From NCBI GenBank assembly GCA_047967505.1, contig CM106538.1: 64,000 bases of DNA; one strand, given 5' to 3'. Both the position numbers and the translations under genes were made by a program. Below, one piece after another: positions 26,273 to 37,200 of the stretch; positions within the stretch are counted from its first letter, which is position 1; each line of letters opens with the position of its first letter. Source of the stretch: Dipteris shenzhenensis. Taxonomy: Eukaryota. Below the pieces are notes generated by a model, which was not told the origin of the DNA, did no database searches, and saw nothing but the letters and a program-made list of their open reading frames with translations.

Positions 26273-28186
26273 AGGGCAACTTAGGATGCTAGAGAGTGCG
26301 GCTCCTTCAAGTTGACGTGGCAGTACATTATGTTGTGGAGTCTATTGTTGGAATAGAGGCTCGAGTACAGTATCAATACTTTGTGGGGCCAAGTCATGGA
26401 TTGGGTCTTGAGCTTGTTTCTTTTGTACCCATTGTTGAAGTGCCTGAAAACGAGCCTTCTCCACCTCTGCATTCGGGTATGGAGCTTCTTTTATTTGAGG
26501 CTCGGGAGTTGATGTGGATGAGCTCAGCTGCTCATTGCTTGGCGGAGGTGGAGGCACTTGTGCTTTCTTTTTAAGAAGTCGCTTTGGTTGGATTGGAATG
26601 TTAGGTTCCTTGGTGGCCTCTTTTTGTTGGCGTGTAATTACATTTACAAGTTGTGATATTACACTTGTCGGACCCAAACTTTGATGGTCCACCCCAATGA
26701 TGCCGATTGGGATGTCAGGCTTAACCTCTGTTTATTGTGGGACGTTATTTTTCATGGGGCCATGCAGCGTGGATACCGAACATTTTCTCGTCGTGGATAT
26801 GTTTAAGTTGGTGGCTGAGACTTTGCATCAGGGCGTGGGTCACATTTGGCGATTAATCTTTTCATCTTACCCAAGTACGTGCGTACATCTTCTCAACGGC
26901 CTTGTTTGATCTTGCTTAGTTGGAGAGCGGGATCATCTTGTAGCCTCTCCATTCGAAAGTGTCTTTTAAATTATGTTTGAAGCAGGTCCCATGTGGCTCG
27001 CTCTTCCACTAGAAGGTCTAGGTACCATTCAGATGCTTCACCAATTAAGGCCATGGGAAACCAAGCCTCCTTGGTTTCATGGGATTGATCTCCACCTGCT
27101 TGGCATGCGGCATCAAAATGTTGGAGGAATTGGGCTGGATCTCCCCTACCATTATATTTGGGAAGTTCCAGTTTTCCCAAGGGTCGCCCACCTTGATTGT
27201 TATTATTTCTTTAATTAAAGAAATTGTCAACCTTTGCATCGAGGTCAATATCCCCATCATTGTCGCGAGATGGCATCCAGTCATGTTGTTGTTGAGATAT
27301 CGAGCTCCACTCGTGATATGCCAGGGTGACCGTTCTGCATTTATGTCACCGACTTGTTAGCTGCAGACGCGGTTGGTACACCGCCCATGAATAATAGCTG
27401 GATGACACAGCTATCCTTATCTACTCTAGTTTGTGGCTCAGTTAGTATGCCACCTTAGTTAGTTGAGTTTGGTTTGAGACCCACATATAGGGTTCTTCTA
27501 TTTCTTTGTACTAGAGTTCTTTTGGCTTTCACAACTAAGAAGAGGAAAATAGTTTTCCGCCTCCACCTTTGTGTGTATTCCCCCATTGTGCATGTGAGAA
27601 AGCTGCAAGTGAGACTCCTTCCCTCTCTCCCACTATCTTCACATGGTATCAGAGCCTTGTTCGTGGTAAGGAGCTCAAGAAAGCAAACCAAGTTCATGGT
27701 GTCCTGGTAAGAGGACCAGTGTTGCTTTCCTATTTCGAGTTTGGGAGCAAATCTCTGCAGGTAGCATAGCTAGAAGTGCAAGAGTGCACTGTCTCACATT
27801 GAGACGCCCTTCGCGGTGTGGCGAGAGGGCAGTATATGCTGCGGGAGTGGGCAAAGCCCTTGGTGACTTTATTTTTCTGATTCGAGGCCATTTCGAGGCC
27901 CGTTTTGAAGGCGGAAGTTCTTCATAGGCACTTAGAAAAAGGCCTTGTCTTTGCTGTGCGACCACTGCTCGGCTGGTCAGTGGAAAGTTGCCACAGAAAT
28001 TGCATCGTATGCCTGTGTGTAGAGATATTGGAAGTTGTAGAATCATGTTTGTTTCCTGTTGATGCAAAATCGTCACTAGAAAGTGACTGTGTGGTCAAAT
28101 ACCACTTTCGTCAGTTTTGCAGATTTGCCCGTGTGAGGCAAAAGCTGTGTTTTTTGCAGTGACAGAATATTTTGTAGTATTCTGTA

Positions 28187-29122
28187 ATGGCATCTGATTC
28201 TCTTTCACAGATTGTCATTGAAAAGCTTAACAAGAACAACTTCCAGGCATGGAAGTTTAGAATGACGAATTTCCTTATGGGAAAAGGCTATTGGGAGTTC
28301 ATTACGGGAAATGAAGAGGAACCAGTTCTTCCTAATGTTCCCAATCAACAGGAAATGCAGGCATTTAAAGGATGGCATGAGAGAGCTAGAAAAGGTATGT
28401 ATTGGCTGTCTATCAGTATTTCGGATTCTATGATTGTGCATATTCAGGATGCAAGTACGCTAAAGGAGGCATGGGACACTTTGGCAAAAATGTACAGCAC
28501 AATTACACAAGCCAGGAAAATGCAGCTCAAACAGGAGTTGCACAATGTGCAGAGAGAAAATTTGAGCATAAATGACTACCACATGAAGGTGAAGAAAATT
28601 GCAGATGCACTTGCTTCCATTGGGTCGCCAGTGGAAGATGATGATCTAGTTTCAGTGACCTTGAATGGTCTAGGAAAGGATTATGCACAGTTCTGGACAT
28701 CCATTGCCGTCTGTGAAAAATTTCCTGATTTTGAAGAGTTGTTTGCTCTTCTAATTTCTGAAGAGCAGAGAAATGGGGGTGCATCTTCTTCAGGAGGAAC
28801 TTCAAAAGAAACTGTCTTCTACTCAAATGCTGGAAGAGGTAGAGGCAGAGGTAGAGGAGGCCGATCTACAGGCCATGGTAGAAATCAGAATATGCAGCAA
28901 ACTCAAGAAAACCAGTCCTATGCAGGAGGACGTGGTAACTCTAGAGGCAGGGGGAGCCAAAGAGGCCGTGGTAAATGGCAGAGAGGCCAAAATGCAAACA
29001 ACAATGTTGAATGCTACTACTGTGGTAAAATGGGTCATATGGCTAAGGACTGCTACAAAAAGCAGAATGACATTATGAATGGAAAATTGCAGCAAGGCAA
29101 TTATGCATCTTCCAGTAGATAG
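28187..29122 (+). CDS. B1 gag (311 aa, open, CCHC knuckle), ends at in-frame TAG
   Basis: KLNKNNFQAWKFRM..GYW, RG-rich region, CYYCGKMGHMAKDC. Confidence 0.85.
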   Translation: MASDSLSQIVIEKLNKNNFQAWKFRMTNFLMGKGYWEFITGNEEEPVLPNVPNQQEMQAFKGWHERARKGMYWLSISISDSMIVHIQDASTLKEAWDTLAKMYSTITQARKMQLKQELHNVQRENLSINDYHMKVKKIADALASIGSPVEDDDLVSVTLNGLGKDYAQFWTSIAVCEKFPDFEELFALLISEEQRNGGASSSGGTSKETVFYSNAGRGRGRGRGGRSTGHGRNQNMQQTQENQSYAGGRGNSRGRGSQRGRGKWQRGQNANNNVECYYCGKMGHMAKDCYKKQNDIMNGKLQQGNYASSSR

Positions 29123-32100
29123 GGTGATGACAGAAATGAGCATCTATTTATGGTGCAGCATATGACCAATTCTGTGACAAGTGCAGAAGAACGAAATGAT
29201 GTGTGGTATGTTGACTCAGGTGCTTCAAACCACATGACAGGTCATGCAGAATGGATGCAGGATGCAAGGAAAATGGAAAAACCAGGGTTTGTGGAGACTA
29301 GTGATGATACTGCACATCCTATTGTGCAGATTTGTAAAATTCCTTTGTCTATGCAGGATGGGAAAAAGAAATACCTGTTCGATGTATTTCATGTCCCAAA
29401 CATCACCAAGAACCTGGTTTCTATTGGTCAAATGGTTGAGTAGGGCTTGTAGGTCAGATTTAATCCTTATGGATGCTTTGTTGAGGATATGAAAAATAAC
29501 GGTCGCTTGATAGCAAAAGGAAAGAAGAAGGGCAGGATGTTTACGTTGGATGTAGACATGCATGAATTGAGTGCAGCAATGTTTGCACATGGGACCGGTG
29601 TAGTTGCAGATATTGATATCTGGCATAAATGCATTGGTCATATTAATATGCAGTGGCTGAAATCAATGCAAGCCCAAAATATTGTTGCAGGATTGCCTAA
29701 ATTCAAGGTTGTAGAAATGCATAAGGTTTGTGAAGCCTGTCAATTTGGAAAACAGGCAAGGAAACCATTTCCTAGGCATGTTCAAGAGAGTAAAAAGCCA
29801 TTGGAATTAATCCACTATGATGTGTGGACTACTAAAGCTGCATCTATTGGAGGCTGTCACTATTTTGTCACTTTTATTGATGACTTCAGCAGAAAAATTT
29901 GGGTGTATTTTATGAAAAAGAAAAGTGAAGTGTTTGGGCACTTCAAAGCTTTTAAAGCTATGGTTGAAAAAGAAACATGCCTGCAAATAAAATGCCTAAG
30001 GTCAGATGGAGGGGGAGAGTACCTCTCAAATGAGTTTGCAAGGTTCTTGCAGGAGCATGGCATAAAGCAGCAATATTCATGGAGTCATACCCCACAGCAA
30101 AATGGAATTGCAGAAAGGAAAAACAGGCATATTGGAGAGGTATCTAGGGCCATGCTAAATGAGAAAGATCTACCAGATTATTATTGGGCTGAAGAAGTTG
30201 CTACAGCAATTTACATAATGAATAGGACTCCCACTGCAGCAATACATGGCATGACGCCAGAGGAGATGTATACTGGTAGGAAACCAGACATTTCTCATTT
30301 GAAAATTTTTGGTTGCATTGCCTATGTTCATGTGCCAGATGAGTTGAGGTCCAAGTTGGATCCAAAAGCTGAGAAGTGCGTCTTTATTGGTTATTCTCTA
30401 TAGCTGAAAGGGTATAGATGCTATAACCCTTCTACTCGTAAGTTTACAGTGAGCAGAGATGATGTTTTTGATGAGATGAGCAGCTAGTATAAACCAGTAA
30501 ATGTGATGATTGATGTAGATGCACAAAATGGTAATGCTACACAGAATTCAATGCAATAGTCACAAAATATCAGTGGACCTGCAGTGTCCTCTAGTAGTGG
30601 TTCACATACTTCACCATGGATGGGTAGATTGAGATCAGGAGAATCTCCTCAAAGCAATGTAGATAGTGGTACACAGGTATCATGAAAAGGAAAAGAGAAG
30701 GTAGATCAGCCCATGTTTGATGTGAATGCAGGTCACTCTTATGTGGATGGTGAATCCAGTGGCTCAGAACAGAGCATTGATGATGAGTTGGGTATTCCTT
30801 CTGTTGTTACACCTGGAGTAAGGAATACCGAGGATGTTTTGAGAGCCTAGAAGTGAGCCTATTTTGTGCAGGTCTACCAGGGTTATGTATCCTGTGGATA
30901 GGCTAAAATATGATGGATTTATAGCCATTCACTATGCCTATATGGTCAAAGTGATACAGGAACCAAAACCCACTTCTTTTGAGCAAGCCATGGGAAATGA
31001 AAAATGGGAGAAAGCCATGGATGAAGAAATGGATGCCTTGGAAGCAAATGCTACATGGGAATTGGTGCCTTTGCCTAGAGACAAGAATTCAATTGGTTGT
31101 AAGTGGGTTTATAAGATCAAGCACAATGCATATGGTTCTGTGAATAGATACAAGGCAAGATTAGTTGTCAAGGGGTATGCACAGACATATGGCATTGATT
31201 ATGAAGAAACATTCAGTCCGATTGCAAGGATGGCAATTGTAAGAGCAGTCATTGCTATGGCTGCATCAAAGGGATGGTCTTTACATCAGATGGATATAAA
31301 GAATGCCTTCTTGCATGGTGATTTGCAAGAAGAGGTCTTTATGGAGCAGCCAGCAGGTTATGTTCATGCTATTCATCCTGAGTTTGTTTGCAGGTTGAAG
31401 AAAGCCTTGTATGGCTTGAAGCAAGCACCTAGAGCATGGTCTAACAAGATAGGACAGTATCTTGTCACTATTGGCTTTTAGATTTCCAAGGCAGATTTCT
31501 CACTCTATGTGAGAAAAACAGAGAAAGGTATTATGCTGCTTGTCATTTATGTTGATGATTTGATCATCACAGGTGATAGTGATGAAGATATCCTTCATGT
31601 GAAAATGCTATTGAGGCAGAAGTTTGAGATGAAGGATTTGGGAGAGCTACATTATTTCTTGGGCATTGAGGTGATTAGATCACCAAGTGGGATACAACTC
31701 TTGCAGAGGCAGTATGGATTGGACATGCTGTCCAAATATGGGATGACGAGGGGATGACAGGCTGTAAGCCTATTTCAGTTCCTTTGGAGTAGAATGTGAA
31801 GCTGAGCACAGATGCAAGTGAGCTTCTGGAAGACCCTACTATGTACAGATGCATAGTAGGAAGTTTGATTTATATGACTATTACCAGGCCAGATTTGAGC
31901 TATGCTGTTGGATTGGTAAGTCAGTTTATGCAGGCTCCAAGGAAACTGCATTTGGATGAGGCTAGACGCATACTCAGGTATGTGAAGTCCACATTGCAGT
32001 ATGGACTATTTTATGAGGCTGGGGTTCAGATACAGTTGCATGGATATACTGATGCTGATTGGGCTGGTAGCATTTCTGATAGACGATCTACCAGTGGATA

Positions 32101-32560
32101 TGTGTTCTCTTTTGGGAGTGTTGCAGTCACTTGGAGTAGCAAGAAACAGCCTACAGTTGCCTTGTCAAGCATAGAGGCTGAGTACAGGGGTGCAACAATG
32201 GCTGCATGCGAGGTAGCTTGGTTGCATAAGCTACTCTATGATATGCATCAGTCTCTACAGATGGGCCAGTTGTCATTTATTGTGACAACATGAGCAGTAT
32301 ATACTTGGCAAATAACCCAGTCTATATGCTAGAACAAAGCACATTGAGGTGCATTATCAATATGTGCAGGAGAAGGTTTTACTAGGTGTTATTGATCTAG
32401 TTTATGTTAGCACAGAGGATCAGGTAGCTGACATATTCACGAAAGCATTGGGCGTAGAGAAGCTGCGTAAGTTCAGAGACCTGCTTGGTGTGTAGGAATT
32501 GGGATTGAGCTCGAGGGGGAGTGTTGAGATATCGAGCTCCACTCGCGATATGCCAGGGTG
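29123..32560 (+). pseudogene. B1 pol (PR-IN-RT-RH), multiple stops and frameshifts
   Basis: [43 protein letters not shown] in fragmented ORFs; small duplication gggatgacgaggggatgac at ~31740. Confidence 0.95.
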
Positions 32561-33390
32561 ACCGTTGTGCATTTATGTCACCGACTTGTTAGCTGCTGAC
32601 GCGGTTGGTACACCGCCCACGATAATAGCTGGATGATAGCTATCCTTATCTACTCTAGTTTGTGGCTCAGTTAGTATGCCACCTTAGTTGAGTTTGGTTT
32701 GAGACCCACATATAGGGTTCTTCTATTTCTTTGTACTAGAGTGCTTTTTGCTTTCACAACTAAGAAGAGGAAAAAGGTTTTCAGCCTCCACCTTTGTGTG
32801 TATTCCCCCATTGTGCATGTGAGAAAGCCGCAAGTGAGACTCCTTCCCTCTCTCCCACTATCTTCACAGTTGTGGCATGGAGGAGTTAAAGGGAGTGCTT
32901 GAATTTTAGGGGGGGATTTGGGGTAGAGGATTGTTGGGGGTGGTGGTTGTTGCATTCAGATTGGGTGAGATTTGCAAAGGGTGTCTCTGTCTCGCAAGTT
33001 CGGGTGTTGATGTTGTTTTGTTTGGAGGGTTAGAGTTGTGTTATTGTTGTGGGAACTGTCATGGTAATAATGTACCTAATATTATCCTATGTGTGTAGGG
33101 AAATGTGTTGGTGTAGACGGATCATCAATCAGAGGTTACGGCGTAAAGATACGAGCGAATCAGCGTGAAATGAGGCCCACATGGGGGTGCGAATGAGGAG
33201 TGCTAGGGATGCCAAAATGGTGTGCAAGGGGCTGGAAAAATGCATCTTAGTGTGGTGTTTTTGTGTGTGAAATTTTGGTTCAAACGGGGTCCAGTTTGGG
33301 TCCCAAACGGGTGCGATACGAAGTGTTGAAGTAGGGGTAAAATTGGCCTTTTCGGGGGGCCTTGGTCTTAAGGTTGGTGTGAATGGACTT

Positions 33391-33692
33391 TCAGTTCAAC
33401 TGAGGGGTTTGAACCAATTGAATTCCAGTTAGTCTAACTAGCCTATAACCCTAACTGTGGGTTAAAACTGTGGACAGTTAGATAAACTAACCATAGTTAG
33501 TTGACCTAACCTAACTATCCAATTAGGCTAACTAACTAGAAGTTAAACTAACCTAACTGTGTCTAACTAACCTACAGTTAAACTAACTAGATTGGTTTAA
33601 TCTAACCTAAGTAAGAGCTAACTTGACCCAGGTATAAACTAACCTAGCTAGGGTTAGTCCTAGGTTTAAGTTAGGCTAGGTTAGGTTAGGGT
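33391..33692. repeat. CTAAC/GTTAG (TTAGG-like) palindromic repeat array, leader copy
   Basis: agttagtctaact, cctaacctaact, ggttaggttaggg; homologous in organisation to 40850-41176. Confidence 0.9.
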
Positions 33693-34026
33693 TTTTTTAA
33701 TAATTAATAATTAATAATTAATTAAGTTTAAAAAAAAGGGGGGGTTGCACTGCAGCCCTACGGGAATCTGTGAGGGGGGGGGAGGGCGTTTTCGCGAACG
33801 AGGGGGGAGGGTGGAGGGGAGGCTGGTGGAGGTGAGGATGGGAGGGGAGGTGGTGGCTGCGAGGAGGGGCATGAGGCAGAGGTGAGGTATAGGCGAGCGC
33901 TGCGCACGGGCACCGCCTTGCCGTCGGCGGGCACCGTGCCGACGTCATGCCCTTAGCAGCAAGGGCTTAAGGCCCTTGCTTAATAGTTTAGGTGGTACAT
34001 GCGTGGAGCGGTCGACGAGGGGGTTT

Positions 34027-34064
34027 AGAGAGAGAGAGAGAGAGAGAGAGAGCACGAAGGGGGG

Positions 34065-34100
<36 letters not shown>

Positions 34101-34104
34101 AGGG

Positions 34105-34163
<59 letters not shown>

Positions 34164-34291
34164 CGAGAGAGAGAGAGAGAGAACGGGGGAAAAGAGAGAG
34201 AGAGAGAGAGAGAGCGGGGGGGGGTGGAATCGCGAGGGGGGGGAATGGGGGGTGGTGAAGGGGGTGAGGGAGTGGTGGAGGAGGTGGTGGA
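34027..34291. repeat. (GA)n microsatellite grading into a G-rich GGT/GGA tract; continues at 39873-40120 after the B2 insertion
   Basis: Read directly; TSD gtgga on both sides of B2 rejoins the tract. Confidence 0.9.
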
Positions 34292-37200
34292 TGTGAAGAT
34301 TGTGGGAGAGAGGGAAGGAGTCTCACTTGAGGCTTTCTCACAATCACAATGGGGGAATACACACAAAGGTGGAGGCTAAAAACAGTTTTCCTCTTCTTAG
34401 TTGTGAAAGCCAAAAGAACTCTAGTACAAAGAAATAGAAGAACCCTATATGTGGGTCTCAAAACAAACTCAACTAACTAAGGTGGCATACTAACTGAGCC
34501 ACAAACTAGAGTAGATAAGGATAGCTGTCATCCAGCTATTATTCGTGGGCGGTGTACCAACCGCATCTCCAGCTAACAGGTCGGTGACATAAATGCACAA
34601 CAGTCACCCTGGCATATCGCGAGTGGGGAGCTCGATATCTCAACACTCCCCCTTGAGCTCAATCCCAATTCCTGCACACCAAGCAGGTCTCTGAACTTGC
34701 GCAGCTTCTCTGCGCCCAATGCTTTCGTGAAGATGTCAGCTACCTGATCCTCTGTGCTAACATAAACTAGATCAATGAGACCTAGTAAAACCTTCTCCCA
34801 CACATAGTGATAATGCACCTCAATGTGCTTTGTTCTGGCATGAAAGACTGGGTTCTTTGCCAAATGTATACTACTCATGTTGTCACAATAAATGACAACT
34901 GGCCCATCTGTAGACTGATGCATATCATAGAGTAGCTTATGCAACCAAGCTCCCTCACATGCAGCCATTGCTGCACCCCTGTACTCAGCCTCTGTGCTCG
35001 ACAAGGCAACTGTAGGCTGTTTCTTGCTGCTCCAAGTGACTGCAGCACTCCCAAAAGAGAACACATATCCACTAGTAGATCGTCTATCAGAAATGCTACT
35101 AGCCCAATCAGCATCAGTGTATCCATGCAACTGTATCTAAACCCCAGCCTCATAAAATAGTCCATACTACAATGTGGACTTCACATACCTGATTATGCGT
35201 CTAGCCGCATCCAAATGCGGTTTCCGTGGAGCCTGCATAAACTGACTTACCAACCCAACAGCATAGCTCAAATCTGGCCTGGTAATAGTCATGTAAATCA
35301 AACTTCCTACTATGCGTCTGTACATAGTAGGGTCTTCCAGAAGCTCACCTGCATCTGTGCTCAGCTTCACATTCTGCTCCAAAGGAACTGAAATAGGCTT
35401 ACAGCCTGTCATCCCATATTTGGACAGCATGTCCAATCCATACTGCCTCTGCAAGAGCTGTATCCCACTTGGTGATCTAATCACCTCAATGCCCAAGAAA
35501 TAACGCAGCTCTCCCAAATCCTTCATCTCAAACTTCTGCCTCAATAGCATTTTCACATGAAGGATATCTTCATCACTATCACTTGTGATGATCAAATCAT
35601 CAACATAAATGACCAGAAGCATAATCCCTTTCTCTGTTTTTCTCACATAGAGTGAGAAATCTGCCTTGGAAATCTGAAAGCCAATAGTGACAAGATACTG
35701 TCCTATCTTGTCAGACCATGCTCTAGGTGCTTGCTTCAAGCCATACAAGGCTTTCTTCAACCTGCAAACAAACTCAGGATGAATAGCATGAACATAACCT
35801 GCTGGCTACTCCATAAAGACCTCTTCTTGCAAATCACCATGCAAGAAGGCATTCTTTACATCCATCTGATGTAAAGACCATCCCTTTGATGCAGCCATAG
35901 CAATGGCTGCTCTTACGGTTGCCATCCTTGCAACCGGGCTAAAAGTTTCACCATAATCAATGCCATATGTCTGTGCATACCCCTTGACAACTAATCTTGC
36001 CTTGTATCTATTCACTGAACCATCTGCATTGTGCTTGATCTTATAAACCCACTTACAGCCAATTGCATTCTTGCCTTTAGGCAAAGGCACCAATTCCCAT
36101 GTAGCATTAGCATCCAAGGCATCCATTTCTTCATCCATGGCTTTCTCCCATTTTTCATTTCCCATGGCTTGCTCAAAAGAAGTGGGTTCTGGTTCCTGTA
36201 TCACTTTGACCATATAGGCATAGTGAATGGCTGTAAATCCATCATATTTCAGCCTATCCACAGGATACCTAACCTTGGTAGACCTGCGCAAAATAGGCTC
36301 ACTTCCAGGTGCTCTCAAAACATCCCTGGTCTTCCTTACTCCAGGTGTAACAACAGAAGGAATACCCAACTCATCATCAATGCTCTGTTCTGAGCCACTG
36401 GATTCACCATCCACATAAGAGTGACCTGCATTCACATCAAACATGGGCTGATCTACCTTCTCTTTTCCTTTTCGTGATACCTGCGTACCACTATCTGCAT
36501 TGCTTTGAGGGGATTCTCCTGATCTCAATCTGCCTGTCCATGGCGAAGTATGTGAACCACTGGTAGAGGACACTCCAGGTCCACTGATATTTTGTGATTG
36601 CTGCTGTGCATTCTGTGCAGCATTACCATTTTGTGCATCTACATCAATCATCACATTTACTGGTTTATACCAGTTGCTCATCTCATCAAAAACAACATCT
36701 CTGCTCACTGTGAACTTACGTGTAGAAGGGTTATAGCATCTATACCCTTTCTGCTGCAGAGAATAACCAATAAAGATGCACTTCTCAGCTTTTGGATCCA
36801 ACTTGGACCTCAACTCATCTAGCACATGGACATAAGCAATGCAACCAAAAATCTTCAAATGAGAAATATCTGGTTTCCTACCAGTATACATCTCCTCTGG
36901 CATCATGCCATGTATTACTGCAATGGGAGTCCTGTTCATTATATAGACTGCTGTAGCAACTGCTTCAGCCCAATAATAATCTGGTAGATCTTTTTCATTT
37001 AGCATAGCCCGAGACACCTCTCCAATATGCCTGTTTTTTCTTTCTGCAATTCCATTTTGCTGTGGGGTATGACTGCATGAATATTGCTGCTTTATACCAT
37101 GCTCCTGCAAGAACCTTGCAAACTCATTTGAGAGGTACTCTCCCCCTCCATCTGACCTTAGGCATTTTATTTGCAGGCCTGTTTCTTTTTCAACCATAGC

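Larger units (their letters stand above)
27290..32868 (+). mobile_element. Full-length Ty1/copia element, family B copy 1 (B1), TSD GTTGT
   Basis: LTRs 27290-27643 and 32522-32868 (TG..CA), PBS TGGTATCAGAGC 27644-27655, PPT GAGGGGGAG 32513-32521, TSD gttgt at 27285-27289 and 32869-32873. Confidence 0.98.
26342..33062 (-). pseudogene. Gypsy G gag, split by copia B1
   Basis: LELPKYNGRGDPAQFLQHF..WFPMALIGEASEWYLDL..ATWDLLQT capsid-like motif; removing B1 and one TSD restores the frame ..NSSMPQ|HDWMPSRD..; candidate ATG (ACCATGA) at 33062-33060. Confidence 0.75.

Noticed and set aside
33197-33219. Alternative PBS-like ..CACCA-TTT-TGGCATCCCTAGCACT close to gypsy gag
   Set aside because: Lacks the GG expected at PBS positions ~15-16 (complement of the tRNA T-stem) and matches no tRNA end I recognise; if real it would make the internal module a true LTR, so it should be rechecked against host tRNAs.
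33976-34461. ERERER / SLSLSL ORFs, and the similar Pro/Gly-rich ORFs at 39797-40205 and 41541-42293
   Set aside because: Products of GA and G-rich low-complexity tracts.
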